This document shows positions 20,269 to 31,300 of a stretch of DNA of 64,000 nucleotides, piece after piece (the first letter of the stretch is position 1; each line of letters begins with the position of its first letter). Made by a program: the position numbers and the translations under genes. The DNA lies in assembly GCA_944320385.1 (NCBI GenBank), contig CALUHH010000003.1:14638-78637 (forward strand). The letters run 5' to 3'. The notes under the pieces are model-generated. The model was not told the DNA's origin. It searched no databases and saw only the letters and a program-made list of their open reading frames with translations. The stretch comes from an uncultured Atopobiaceae bacterium (lineage in GTDB: Bacteria; Actinomycetota; Coriobacteriia; Coriobacteriales; Atopobiaceae).

Positions 20269-21588
20269 TCAGTCGTCCTCCTTCACGATCTCGCCGGTCA
20301 TCTCGTAGCAGAACGAGTCCACGAGGTCGACGGTCACGATGTCTCCCACCGAGGCCTCGCCCTCGGCGATGTGGACGGCACCGTCGGAGTCGGGGGCCTG
20401 GAACCAGGCGTGCCCGATGAGCTCGGGGCCGTCCGGCCCCTCCTCCACGCCGTCCACGATCACGCGGACGCGCTCGCCGACGTGCGCCGCCGTGGCGGCA
20501 AAGCCGAGCTGCTCGGTGAGGTCGATGAGGCGCTGCGTGCGCTCGAGCTTGACCTCCTCGGGCACCTGGCCCTCCATGCGGGCGGCTGCGGTGCCGTCCT
20601 CCTGCGAGTAGGCGAAGACCGAGCAGTAGTCGAACTCCTGGGAGGCGATGAAGTCGTAGAGCTCGTCGGCCTCCTCGTCCGTCTCGCCGGGAAAGCCCGC
20701 CATGCCCGTCGTGCGCAGCACCATCCCCGGGATCTCGGCGCGCAGGCGCGCGAAGAGGGCCGCGAGCTCCTCGGCCGAGCCGGGACGGCCCATGGCCTTG
20801 AGCACGCGCGCGGAGCAGTGCTGGATGGGGATGTCGATGTAGGGAAGCACCTCGGGCACGTCGCGGATCGTGGCGATGAGCTCGTCGGTCATGCCCTCGG
20901 GCTGGAGGTAGAGCACGCGCACCCAGCCGCCGAAGGGGCGCACGACCTCGGCGACGCGGCGCAGCAGCGAGGCGAGCGTGTCCCTCTCGCCCAGGTCCTG
21001 CCCCCACACGCCGGTGTCCTGGCCGATGAGCACGACCTCGCGGACGCCGCCGGCCATGAGCGCGGCGACCTCCGCGCAGACCTCCTCGGCGGTGCGCGAG
21101 TGGTAGCGGCCGCGGATGTAGGGGATCGCGCAGAAGGTGCAGAAGCGGTCGCAGCCCTCGGAGATCTTGACGAAGGCGCTCGCACCCTCGATCGTGCGCA
21201 GCGTCCCCTCCGCCGAAGAGGCGGGCGCGGGGACGCCCAGGACGTCGCAGACCACGCCCACGATGCCGTCCTCGTCCTCGGCCCGCACGAAGGCGGCGAC
21301 CTCGGGGAGCTCCGGCGCGAGCTCGTCGCCGTAGCGCGACGGCACGCACCCGCACATCACGATCGGGCAGGCGCGGACGCCGGCGCTGCGCTCCTCGGCG
21401 ATCTGGAGCGTGGCCTCGACGGACTCCTCCGTCGCGGAGGCGAGAAACGAGCAGGTGTTGACGAGCGCGACGTCAGCCTCGGCGGCGTCGTCGACCTCCT
21501 CGAAGCCCGCGGAGAGCAGCAGGGCGCGCATGCGGTCGGAGTCGACCTCGTTCTTGGCGCAGCCGAGCGTGACGAGCAGAAAGCGCAC
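20269..21588 (-). CDS. rimO: Ribosomal protein S12 methylthiotransferase
   Basis: LGCAKNEVDS, NTCSFL, GCDRFCTFCAIP, YLQPEG, YIDIPIQH and QAPDSDG motifs. Confidence 0.93.
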   Translation of the reverse strand: MRFLLVTLGCAKNEVDSDRMRALLLSAGFEEVDDAAEADVALVNTCSFLASATEESVEATLQIAEERSAGVRACPIVMCGCVPSRYGDELAPELPEVAAFVRAEDEDGIVGVVCDVLGVPAPASSAEGTLRTIEGASAFVKISEGCDRFCTFCAIPYIRGRYHSRTAEEVCAEVAALMAGGVREVVLIGQDTGVWGQDLGERDTLASLLRRVAEVVRPFGGWVRVLYLQPEGMTDELIATIRDVPEVLPYIDIPIQHCSARVLKAMGRPGSAEELAALFARLRAEIPGMVLRTTGMAGFPGETDEEADELYDFIASQEFDYCSVFAYSQEDGTAAARMEGQVPEEVKLERTQRLIDLTEQLGFAATAAHVGERVRVIVDGVEEGPDGPELIGHAWFQAPDSDGAVHIAEGEASVGDIVTVDLVDSFCYEMTGEIVKEDD

Positions 21589-21600
21589 GGGTCCTCCTCG

Positions 21601-22098
21601 TTAGCGGTAGTTGACGAACTGCAGGGGCTGACCGTAGTCGCGCTCCCTGAGTGCGGAGATGACGGACTGCAGGACGTCCTTGGAGGCGGAGCTCACGCGG
21701 AGCTTGTCGCCCTCGACGGTGGCCTTGGCCTTGACCTTGAGGTCGCGGACGTCCTTGGCGATCTTCTTGGCGGTGTCCTGGTCGATGCCCTGGACGATCG
21801 TGCCGGTCTGGCGCACGGTCATGCCGCTCGCGGCCTGGGGGTCGGACCAGCGCACGGCGGTCAGGTCGATGCCGCGGCGCGTGAGCTTGGTCGCGAGGAC
21901 GTCGCGGACCTGGCTCGCCACGAACTCGGAGGGCGCCTCGACCTTGAGGACGCCGTCCTTCTTGGAGAGCTCGAGGGTGGCGCCGGTGCCCTTGAGGTCG
22001 TAGCGCTGGGTGAGCTCGCGCGCGGCCTGCTGGTAGGCGTTGTCGACCTCCTGCATGTCCACGACGGACACCACGTCGAAGCTGGATTCCTTTGCCAT
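21601..22098 (-). CDS. yajQ: YajQ family nucleotide/c-di-GMP-binding protein
   Basis: SSFDVVS...QEVDNA, RYDLKGT, QGIDQDTAKKI and LQFVNYR. Confidence 0.93.
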   Translation of the reverse strand: MAKESSFDVVSVVDMQEVDNAYQQAARELTQRYDLKGTGATLELSKKDGVLKVEAPSEFVASQVRDVLATKLTRRGIDLTAVRWSDPQAASGMTVRQTGTIVQGIDQDTAKKIAKDVRDLKVKAKATVEGDKLRVSSASKDVLQSVISALRERDYGQPLQFVNYR

Positions 22099-22124
22099 GG
22101 TTGTTCTCCTTTCCCGAGAGGGCG

Positions 22125-23759
22125 CTAGTAGCCGCCGTTGACGTCGACGTAGGACTCGTCGCCCGCGGCGTCGCCCTCCGCGCCGGCCTCGGCGCCCTCC
22201 TCGTCCTCCGCGCCCTCGGGGCGCGGGGTTCCCTTGATCGTCACGCTCTCGACGCCGCCCGCCGAGGAGGTGAACTCGACCGGCTCGCCGTTCTCGGTGA
22301 CCGTGACCACGGACGAGTCGCCCACCTGCACGGTAATCGAGTCGTAGACCGTGAACTCCTGCGACCAGGGGCCGGTCGTGCCCTCGGCGATGACGCTCTT
22401 CCCGTCGCAGACGATCTCGAGCCACGAGTAGCCGCCGCTCGCCACCTCAACGGTGACGACGGTCTCCACATACTCCTCGGGCTCGTCGTCGGCCGCAGGG
22501 TCGCCCTCGGCGTCGCCGGCCGCGGGGTCGCCCTCGGCGTCGTCGGCGTTCGCGTCGTCCGCGGCCGAGGGGTCCTCGGCGTCGGCGTCCGCGTCGCCCT
22601 CTTCGGGCGGGGTCGTCGCGGCGTCGTCGTTCTTCTCGTCCTGGGTGGCGTTGTTGACCTCGACGGTCTCCTGAGGCTGCTGCTGGTTGGCGCCGCGTAC
22701 GCACGAGCCCACCGAGAAGATCAAGATGGCCGTGATGATCGCCGTGGCAACGACGATCACCGCGAAGAGCGTGCGGCGCGGGTCCGAGAAGAACCCCTCG
22801 ACGGCGCCCAGCACCCCGCCGCGCGCCGGGGGACGGCGGCCGCCGCGCCCGCCCTGCGACGAGGGCCTGCGCCGGACGTTGGGGCGCTCGACCGACGCGA
22901 TGTTTCTCGAGGAGCGCCGGCCGGAGATGGTCGAGGCGGGGGCATAGGGGTTGGCGCGGTCGTCGTAGCGCATGTCGTCGGTGTACTCGCTCGGGCGCAC
23001 GCGACGCGTGCTCACGTCGTCGCGGCGGTACAGGCGCCCGGTGCGCAGCTGGCCGCGCGCGTCGTAGGCGCGCTCGGGGGCGCGCTGCCCCTCGCTGATC
23101 AGGCGCCCGGCCTGGTCGTCCGGGCGGCGGCGCCGGTCGGCGGCGCGGCGGCGCGGGGCCTCGCGCGCGGGGCGCTCTCGCTCGGGGGCGCTGTTGTAGG
23201 GGCGGCGGCGCTCGTCGTAGCGCGGGTAGGCCGGCACGACCTCGCGCGCGGGGGACGCGTAGGAGGAGCGCGTGCCGGGGGCGGCGGCGCCCGAGCCCAC
23301 GAGGGGCACCGAGGAGCGCGAGCGCGCCGGGGCGGTGGTGGCGAAGTAGCCCATGTCGCCCGCGGGGCCGCCCGAGGTGGGCAGCAGCGGGCGGTACTCG
23401 ACGTAGGCCTTGGGCCGTGAGCCGGCCTCGTTGACGAGGTCGTAGCCCGAGATGCCGCGGCCCGCCTGCGTGTCGCGCGTGCGGCGCCTCAGCTCGTGCG
23501 AGGCGGTGCCGGTCTGATGGACGTAGAGGTCCTCCTGGAAGAGGTCCACGATCTCGCGCGCGTTGAGCCCGAGGTAGCGGGCGTAGCTCGAGAGCATGCC
23601 CTGGGCGTAGCCGCTCTGGGGCAGGTGGTCGTAGTCGCCCTCCTCAAAGGCGATGAGCACGTCCTCGCGGAGCTTCAAGATCTTGGAGGCCTGCGAGACG
23701 GAGAGCCCCAGCTCGTGGCGGCGCGTGACGAGCGCCTCGCTGAATCGCGGACGGGACAC
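22125..23759 (-). CDS. RodZ-like HTH membrane protein with long Arg-rich cytoplasmic linker
   Basis: N-terminal HTH (LIAFEEGDYDHLP...GMLSSYARYLGL), one TM (LFAVIVVATAIITAILIFSV), acidic linker, C-terminal DUF4115-like SWLEIVCDGK; sits in the ftsK-rodZ-rimO-pgsA context. Confidence 0.82.
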   Translation of the reverse strand: MSRPRFSEALVTRRHELGLSVSQASKILKLREDVLIAFEEGDYDHLPQSGYAQGMLSSYARYLGLNAREIVDLFQEDLYVHQTGTASHELRRRTRDTQAGRGISGYDLVNEAGSRPKAYVEYRPLLPTSGGPAGDMGYFATTAPARSRSSVPLVGSGAAAPGTRSSYASPAREVVPAYPRYDERRRPYNSAPERERPAREAPRRRAADRRRRPDDQAGRLISEGQRAPERAYDARGQLRTGRLYRRDDVSTRRVRPSEYTDDMRYDDRANPYAPASTISGRRSSRNIASVERPNVRRRPSSQGGRGGRRPPARGGVLGAVEGFFSDPRRTLFAVIVVATAIITAILIFSVGSCVRGANQQQPQETVEVNNATQDEKNDDAATTPPEEGDADADAEDPSAADDANADDAEGDPAAGDAEGDPAADDEPEEYVETVVTVEVASGGYSWLEIVCDGKSVIAEGTTGPWSQEFTVYDSITVQVGDSSVVTVTENGEPVEFTSSAGGVESVTIKGTPRPEGAEDEEGAEAGAEGDAAGDESYVDVNGGY

Positions 23760-23760
23760 G

Positions 23761-26295
23761 TTACTCTACCTCCCTGTATGCAGCTTCCTGCACCCTCAGG
23801 TCCTCGAGGGCGTCCTTGTCGAGCAGGACCTCGCGCGGCTTGGAGCCGTTGGCCGGCCCCACGACGCCCTTGGCCTCGAGCATGTCCATGATCCTGCCCG
23901 CGCGCGCGTAGCCCACCGAGAGGGCGCGCTGCAGGCTCGAGGTGGAGCCCAGCTGCGACTCCACCACGATGCGGGCGGCCTCCCAGACGAGCGGGTCGTC
24001 GTCCTTGGCGGCGCCGGGGTCCCCGGGGCCGCCGGGGGCGTTGGGCACCACGGCGGTGAGGATGTCCTCGTGGTAGTCGGCCGTGACCTGGGTGCGCACG
24101 AACTCGACGGTCTGCTCGATCTCCTCGTCGGAGACCCAGCAGCCCTGCGCGCGGCGCGGCTTCTTGCCGCGGAGCTTGACGAGCATGTCGCCCTTGCCCA
24201 GGAGCTGCTCGGCGCCCTTCTGGTCGAGGATGATGCGGGAGTTGATGGAGTTGTCGACCGAGAGCGCCACGCGGTTGTCGATGTTGGCGCGGATCAGACC
24301 CGTGACGACGTCGGCCGAGGGGCGCTGCGTGGCCACGATCAGGTGGATGCCGGCCGCGCGGCCCAGCTGCGCGATGCGCACGATCGAGGACTCCACGTCC
24401 TTGCCCGCGACCATCATGAGGTCGGCGAGCTCGTCGATCACGATGACGAAGTAGGGCATGTGCTTCGGGGGGTTCTCCATCTCGTCGTACTTGCCCCCGT
24501 CGACGTTGCCGTTGTAGGTCTTGATGTCGCGCACCTTGTAGTGCTCGAAGACCTTGAGGCGCCGCTCCATCTCGGTCACGCCCCACTGCAGGGCGCTCGC
24601 CGCCTGGCGCGGCTCGGTGACCACGGGCACGTAGAGGTGCGGCAGGCCCGCGTAGCCCGTGAACTCGACGCGCTTGGGGTCCACCATGATCAGGCGCACC
24701 TGCTCGGGCGTGGCGCGCATGAGCATGGACATGATGATGGCGTTGAGCAGGACCGACTTGCCCGAGCCCGTGGTGCCGGCCACGAGCAGGTGCGGCAAGC
24801 CCGCGAGGTCCACGACGATCGGCTTGCCCTCGGAGTCGCGGCCGAAGGCGCAGTCGAGCGGGCCGCCCTTGGCGAAGGGAAGGACGTCGGAGAGGAAGAC
24901 CGGCTGGGGCTTCTCGTTGGGAATCTCGATGCCCACGAGCGAGGTGCCGGGGATGGGGGCGAAGATGCGCACCGACTTGGCGGCGAGCGACAGCGCGATG
25001 TCGTCCTCGAGGTTGACGATCTTGTTGACGCGCTCGCCCTCCCCCATCGAGATCTTGAAGGTGGTGACCGAGGGGCCGGCGATCCAGCCCTCGACGCGCG
25101 AGCTCAGGCCAAACTCCTCGAGGGTGCCCTGGAGCTTGGCGGCGGTGGCGGCGAGCTCCTCGTCGTTGGCGAAGGTGCCGTCGAACTGGTCGTTCTTGCG
25201 CAGGATGGAGAGCGGCGGGAGCTGGTAGGACTCGTCGCCGTCGCCGGGGCGCGTGATGGTCTCGGGCGCCGGGGCGGCCTTGGCGGGGGCGCCCTTGGCC
25301 GCCCCCGGGGACTTGGCGGTCTTCTGGGCCCCCGCGTCCTTCTCGGCCTTGGCGCGCTTGACGGCGCGCTTCTCGGGGCGCAGGAACGACGGGACGTCGC
25401 CGTGGTCCTTCTCCCCCGCCGCGGCGGGGTCGTCGTCGCGGAAGAGCGCCGCGGCCGGCTGCGCGTCGCGGTCGAGGACCGTGGTCGCGGGCGCGTCGTC
25501 GTCGAGCAGCTTGGCGCGGCTGCGCTTGAGGACGGTGGTCTTGCGGTCGCCGATGAAGGTCGTGGCGCGCTCGCCCGTCTCGTCAAACAGCGACGCCTGC
25601 GCGCCCCTCTCGGCGGCGGGCGCACCGTAGGACTCGTCCGCGGCGGCGTCGATGATGGCCTGGGCGCGGCGCTCCTCCACGCGGGCGCGGTGGCCGTCGG
25701 CGAGGTCGCGGGCGCGCTCGCGGGCGGAGGTGACCACGCCCGAGATCGAGAAGCCGCACACGACGACGCCCGCCAGGACGCACCCGACGAGCACGACGTT
25801 GCCGACGATGCCTCCGAGCAGGGTGAGCAGGGCAAAGGCGATCGCGCCGCCCACGTAGCCGCCCGCCTGCTCGGCGGAGGCGGGCTCGAGGACCGTGCCC
25901 GGGGCCTCTGCGGCACCCGGGAGGTTGAGCGAGAGCATGGCCAGGACGGCGAGAAGGACGAGGGCCAGGCCCGCCGCGATGCGGCCGGAGACCGGGCCGT
26001 CGCCGTCGAAGAAGAAGGTCATCGCGAAGGCGAACAGGGCGATGGGCACGAGAGGGGCGCCCGCCCCGAAGGAGAGCGCCAGGAAGTCGTGGACGGCGCT
26101 GGTCACGACGGCCGAGGACGGCACGACCACGGCGACGAGCATCGCCACCGCCGCGACCGCGAGGACCACGCCGAGGATGTCGGACTGGGCCGTGCCGAGC
26201 GCGAGCGCGCCGGGCGCGGCCTTGGCCTGCCCGCGCGCCGCCCCCTTGCCCGAGGCGCGCCCCTTTGCTGCGTTTGTGCTGCGTTTTGCGGGCAT
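23761..26295 (-). CDS. ftsK: DNA translocase FtsK/SpoIIIE
   Basis: N-terminal TMs, GPSVT, PHLLVAGTTGSGKS, MVDPKRVE, IVIDELADLMM, ATQRPS and gamma domain GSTSSLQRALSVGYARAGRIMD. Confidence 0.97.
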   Translation of the reverse strand: MPAKRSTNAAKGRASGKGAARGQAKAAPGALALGTAQSDILGVVLAVAAVAMLVAVVVPSSAVVTSAVHDFLALSFGAGAPLVPIALFAFAMTFFFDGDGPVSGRIAAGLALVLLAVLAMLSLNLPGAAEAPGTVLEPASAEQAGGYVGGAIAFALLTLLGGIVGNVVLVGCVLAGVVVCGFSISGVVTSARERARDLADGHRARVEERRAQAIIDAAADESYGAPAAERGAQASLFDETGERATTFIGDRKTTVLKRSRAKLLDDDAPATTVLDRDAQPAAALFRDDDPAAAGEKDHGDVPSFLRPEKRAVKRAKAEKDAGAQKTAKSPGAAKGAPAKAAPAPETITRPGDGDESYQLPPLSILRKNDQFDGTFANDEELAATAAKLQGTLEEFGLSSRVEGWIAGPSVTTFKISMGEGERVNKIVNLEDDIALSLAAKSVRIFAPIPGTSLVGIEIPNEKPQPVFLSDVLPFAKGGPLDCAFGRDSEGKPIVVDLAGLPHLLVAGTTGSGKSVLLNAIIMSMLMRATPEQVRLIMVDPKRVEFTGYAGLPHLYVPVVTEPRQAASALQWGVTEMERRLKVFEHYKVRDIKTYNGNVDGGKYDEMENPPKHMPYFVIVIDELADLMMVAGKDVESSIVRIAQLGRAAGIHLIVATQRPSADVVTGLIRANIDNRVALSVDNSINSRIILDQKGAEQLLGKGDMLVKLRGKKPRRAQGCWVSDEEIEQTVEFVRTQVTADYHEDILTAVVPNAPGGPGDPGAAKDDDPLVWEAARIVVESQLGSTSSLQRALSVGYARAGRIMDMLEAKGVVGPANGSKPREVLLDKDALEDLRVQEAAYREVE

Positions 26296-26299
26296 CTGC

Positions 26300-27964
26300 C
26301 TAGACCTCCATCACGACCGGGATGATCATCGGCCGCGTGTGCGTCCTGTTCCAGAGCTGGTTGGAGAGCACGTTGCGCACGCCGCGGCGCAGCGCGTCGA
26401 TGTTGACGCTCCCCGAGCCGGTGAGCTTGGCCACGTGCGCGCGGACGATCTCCTGCGCCTCGCCGAGCAGCAGGTCGTCGGTCGAGGTGGCCACGCCGCG
26501 CGAGGAGACCTCCACGGCCTCGACGGCGCCGCGGCGCTTGGAGATGATGACGGTGCAGGTCACCACGCCGTCCTGGGCGAGCTTCTGGCGGTCGCGCAGG
26601 ACCACGGGGTTGGCCTCGGTGACGGTGCCGCCGTCCACGTAGACGACGCCGGACTCGACGGCGCGGCCGCGGCGGACCTTGTGCTTGACCATCTCGAGCG
26701 AGTCGCCGTTGTCGAGCACGAAGACGTGGCTCGCCGGGACGCCCATCTGCTTGCCGAGCTCGGCGTGGGCGCGCAGGTGCTGGGCCTCGCCGTGGACGGG
26801 CATGAAGTAGCGGGGCTTGGCCATGGCGAGCATGAGCTTGAGCTCCTCGGCGCTCGCGTGGCCGGAGACGTGCACGAGGCCCTTGCTCTTGTCGTAGATC
26901 TCGCAGCCCACCTTGGAGAGCGAGTTGACGATCGCCTGGACGCTCTTCTCGTTGCCCGGGATGGGCGTGGCGGAGATGATCACCGTGTCCGTCTCGTGGA
27001 TGGAGAGCGACTTGTGCTCGCCGTTGGCCATGCGCGCGAGCGCCGAGAGCGGCTCGCCCTGGCTGCCGGTGCACAGCACCACGATCTTCTCGTCCGGGAT
27101 GCGGTCGACGTCGTAGGCGTCGATGATGTTCTCCTCGTCGATCTTGAGGTAGCCCAGGTCGCGCGCCACCTTGGTGTTGGTGACCATGGAGCGCCCGGTC
27201 ACGACGACCTTGCGTCCCACGGCCACGGAGGCGTCGCAGATCTGCTGGAGACGGTGGATGTGGCTCGAGAACGCCGCCACGAAGACGCGGCCCGGGGCGT
27301 TCTTGATGACGTGACGGATGTCGCGGCCCACGGCGGCCTCCGACGGCGTGAAGCCCGGGCGCGTGGCGTTGGTGGAGTCCGAGAGCAGAAGGTCCACGCC
27401 CGAGGCGCCGAACTTGTTGATGGCCTGGAAGTTGGGCCGCCGGCCGTCGATGGGCGTCTGGTCGAACTTGAAGTCGCCGGTGTGCATGACGGTGCCCGCC
27501 GGCGTGGACATGAAGACGCCAAAGGCCGCGGGGATCGAGTGCGTCATCGAGAAGAACGTGATGGTGAAGGCGCCGAGCGTGATCGTGGAGCCGTCGCTCA
27601 CCTCGCGGAACTTGGGCGAGCGGATGTTGTGCTCGGCGAGCTTGCCCTGGATGAAGCCGAGGGTGAGCTTGCTCGAGTAGATGGGCACCTTGCGGGTGAG
27701 GTCGGCCAGCAGGTACGGCAGGGCGCCGGTGTGGTCCTCGTGGCCGTGGGTGATGATGATGCCGCGGAGCTTCTCCTCGTTCTCCAGGACGTAGGTGTAG
27801 TCGGGAAGGATGAGGTCGATGCCGGGCTGGCCCTCGTCGGGGAACATCAGGCCGGCGTCGACGAGGACCATGTCGTCCCCGTACTCGAAGGCGGTCATGT
27901 TCTTGCCGATGCCGTCAAGGCCCCCGAGGGGGATGATCTTGAGCGCTATGTCCTTCTTTGGCAT
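26300..27964 (-). CDS. rnj: Ribonuclease J
   Basis: IPLGGLDGIGKNMT, THGHEDH, HTGDFKFDQ, GSQGEPLSAL, HVSGHA and PVHGE motifs. Confidence 0.97.
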   Translation of the reverse strand: MPKKDIALKIIPLGGLDGIGKNMTAFEYGDDMVLVDAGLMFPDEGQPGIDLILPDYTYVLENEEKLRGIIITHGHEDHTGALPYLLADLTRKVPIYSSKLTLGFIQGKLAEHNIRSPKFREVSDGSTITLGAFTITFFSMTHSIPAAFGVFMSTPAGTVMHTGDFKFDQTPIDGRRPNFQAINKFGASGVDLLLSDSTNATRPGFTPSEAAVGRDIRHVIKNAPGRVFVAAFSSHIHRLQQICDASVAVGRKVVVTGRSMVTNTKVARDLGYLKIDEENIIDAYDVDRIPDEKIVVLCTGSQGEPLSALARMANGEHKSLSIHETDTVIISATPIPGNEKSVQAIVNSLSKVGCEIYDKSKGLVHVSGHASAEELKLMLAMAKPRYFMPVHGEAQHLRAHAELGKQMGVPASHVFVLDNGDSLEMVKHKVRRGRAVESGVVYVDGGTVTEANPVVLRDRQKLAQDGVVTCTVIISKRRGAVEAVEVSSRGVATSTDDLLLGEAQEIVRAHVAKLTGSGSVNIDALRRGVRNVLSNQLWNRTHTRPMIIPVVMEV

Positions 27965-28295
27965 TCCCGAATGGTTCCTTTCGTGGGTGTCGGTCAGGGC
28001 TATCTAAGCCGGCCACAGGGCCGTGCCAATTCGCATACCGGTTAATTGTAAACGAGAAGAACGAGCCGCTGGCATGTTCCACGATGGCTTCACGGGACGC
28101 GCGGAGGGCGCGGGGCGGGGCGGGGGCGGCCCGCACTTCTCGGCGCGTCTCATCAAGTGCGGGCCGGAGCGCACTGGATCCGAGCACTCGGCGCCAGACG
28201 TCGAGAAGGACCGCGCACTCGACGCGCCGCGGGCCCAAATCCGCCCGCACTCGATGCGCGCACTCACGAGTGCGGGCGCCCAGCGCGGGCGGACG

Positions 28296-28360
28296 CGAGC
28301 ATGCCATGGGGGACGGTTTCGCCGGGCCGGGGCCCGGTTCCGCCCCACATGGCATGCTCG
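28296..28360. repeat. Long hairpin (REP-like family E, copy 2)
   Basis: CGAGCATGCCATG (28296-28308) pairs with CATGGCATGCTCG (28348-28360); left arm GAGCATGCCATGGGGGACGGTTTC resembles 2714 GAGAATGCCATATGGGACGGTTTT. Confidence 0.7.
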
Positions 28361-28370
28361 GCGCGGGGCG

Positions 28371-31300
28371 TCAGCCGCGGGCGGCGAGGTTCGCCACGAG
28401 GGCGGCCGCCTCGGCGCGGGCGAGGGCGCGGCAGGGCTCCAGAAGGCCGTCGCGGCCGTGGAGGACGCCCTCGGCCACGGCCCAGGACACGGCGCCGATG
28501 GCCCACTCGGAGACCTCGGGGGCGTCCGAGAAGGGCGAGAGGTCGGCGGCCGCCCCGGGCCCGCCGGCGGCGCTGCAGAGGACCGCCGCGGCCTGCTCGC
28601 GGGTGAGCGGGTCGTCGGGGCCGAAGGCCGACCCGTCGCCGCAGCCGTGGAAGATCCCCTCCTGGAGGGCCCGGGCCACGGCCCCCGCGTACCAGGCGGA
28701 GGGGTCGCAGTCGGACGGGAGCCCCGAGAGCTCGACCTCGGGCCCGCCCGCGGCGTTGTGGAGCGCGACCGCCCACCGGGAGGCGTGGCCCAGCCTGAGC
28801 CTCGCCACGCCATCGTCGACGACGCCCGAGCACTCGTAGCGCAGCGTTCCCGCGCCTCGTCGTAGCGATACAGGTTGGCGAACAGGCCGTCGCTCTTCTC
28901 GCCGAGAGGGGCGACCAAGGTCAGCTCGAAGCCGAACTCGCCGTCGTGCGCGAGCGTGGCCTGCACGACGCCGGCCTCCGCCGTCACGAGGTCCACCACC
29001 TCGACGGGGATGCCGTCGGTGCCCACCTCAACGCCCATGTCGACGTCCGAGAGGGGCGTCCCCTCCGGCACGTCGCCGCCGCGGATCTCCCACGAGACGC
29101 CCTCGCCCATCTCCAGCACGAGCGTCACGTCGCGGCCTGCGAGCGCCTGGAAGACCTCCTTGTCGAGCTTGGTGTCGCCGGAGCTCAGGGAGATCTTCAC
29201 GGTGTCGCCGTCCTTGGCGCCCCTGATCTTGTCGATGGCCTGCTGGCTGGGGGTCTTGGCGGGCGGAACGTAGGGCGGGGCATAGCTGGTCGTCACGACG
29301 CAGGCGGCCTGCGCGGCGCTGTGGTTGCCGTCACCGGCGTAGGACGCGGTGAAGGTGTAGTCAGCCGTCTGGTTGGGCAGCTCGGCCACCCAGGTGCCGT
29401 CGCTGCCCTCCGTCACGTCGACGTCGCCGTCGCAGGTCACCGTGGCGCTTCCACCGTCGGGCACGCCGGCGAGGGTCAGCGTCACGCGGCCGCCCCCGGA
29501 GAGGGCGGCGGGGTCGGCGGTCAGGGCCAGGGCGGGCGTCACCTTGCTGATCGAGGCCGTCTGCACAGATGCCGTCTCGCTCATGAGGGAGTAGTACGCC
29601 GCGTGCTCGCCTGTCAGGGTTATGCCGGTGGCGGTAATCGTCCTGTTGTTCCCGGCGTCCGCGCTGTCGTAGGCAATCGAGGCGCTGGACGCGGCCACCT
29701 CGTCGCCTTCCAGGACGCCGGTCAGCGCAATGACCAGCCCGTCGGGCGCCGCGGTGGTGCCGTCATAGGTCTTTGAGGTCGTGCCGTCCAGCGCGGCGTC
29801 TACGTACGCCTTTTCCAGCGTCACCGTGACCCCGCCGGTGCTGGGGTTCAGACTGCCGCTTCCGCCGTAGCTGACGGTAAGGGCATTATTGCCGATGGCC
29901 AGTCCCTTGCCCCGAGTGTCGTAGGTCAGCGTGTAGGAGCCGTCAGCATTGGCTGTGGTGGCGCTGGCAAGTACGGCGTCGCCTGTCTTCAGCTCCACGA
30001 CGTCCTGTGCCGTGGTCAGGGCGTTGATGCCGTAGGCAGCGGTCTGTTCGGGCGTGACGGTGATTTTCAGAGTTTCGCCGTAGGTCAGGATGCCCTCAGC
30101 CGGCACGACCGTCAGGGTGCTGTCGGCGCGCTCGGTGGTGACTGGCGTGCCAGCGCTGGCCGGCGACGGCTCGTAGAGGCTGGTCCCGGCATAGCGGGCG
30201 TGGAACATGTAGGTCGTGCCGGGGGTAAGACCATCGAAGGTGGTCCCGGACTGCCAGCGCTCCTCGGGCACGGCGGTCTCACCGCCCGTGGCGTAGCCGT
30301 ACTGAACGGCGCCCTGGCCGACGGTGGTGACGGCGTCCAGGGTGACGCTGTAGGCCGTGGGCGGCGTCGTGGTGCTCGCGGTGGGAGCGCCCGGGGCGGA
30401 CTGCTGCGCCTTGCTGACCGTCAGCGTGGTAGAGCCGGAGCTCTCTATGAGGTCGCTGCCGTCGGCGGGCGTGTAGACGGCGGTGACGGCGTAGTCGCCG
30501 GGGGTCCAGCCAAGCTCGTCGATCGTGTGGGCGGCGATGCCGTTGCCTACGCTCGTCCCGGTGCCGTTCAGAGCGTCGCCGCCCTGATAGAACGTGACGC
30601 TACCGCCGTTGACGGGAGTGCCGTCCTCTTTGACGGTTGCCGTCAGGGTGACGGACCCGCCGTAGGTGGCGGGACTGGGAGACGCGCTCACTTCGACGGC
30701 TGCCATGAAGTCGTTGTCTGCGACGGAAATATCCCCGTTGTTGACGAGGGTACCCTTGCCCGCCAGGGAACCCTGCCCGGCGATCGTGCCGTTGTTGGTG
30801 AGGGTGGTTCCACTGGGGACGGTTATGCTGGCCCCCTCGGGGATGGTCACCGTGGCCCCGTCCGGGATGGTGATGTTGCAGGGCAGGGTCAGGTTACCCC
30901 AAACCGATAGGTATTCTCCTGGCCGGACACGGGGCGGATGCCTTGGCCGTTATCGCCGTCAGTCGTTCCTAGACCGCCACCGATGTCTAATCCGTCAGCG
31001 GTTGTACCCTGGCCATCTCCTCCAGTGACCGTTACATTTCCCGTGGCAAGGATGATAACCGTCCCACAGGCTTCTCCGGCTTCCCCTGAAGCCGGTTTAC
31101 CGCCTATTCCGCTACCACCGCATGTGCCATATGAACTGCCGCCCGTAACAGATAGTCCACCACTGCCCTGGATAACAAGTGAGGAAGACGCTGGTACGTG
31201 GATACCGGGTGCCCCTAGATCAAGACCTCCATTTCCGCCGGTCAAAGCATTGCTTGTATCATTTGCCAAATTCAGCACAAGGCGAGCGTTTTCTCCCACA

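Noticed and set aside
28004-28850. Arg/Pro-rich C-terminal tail of ORF 28004..30850
   Set aside because: It is out-of-frame read-through after the frameshift near 28848; the real C-terminus is the SLH frame ending at 28371.
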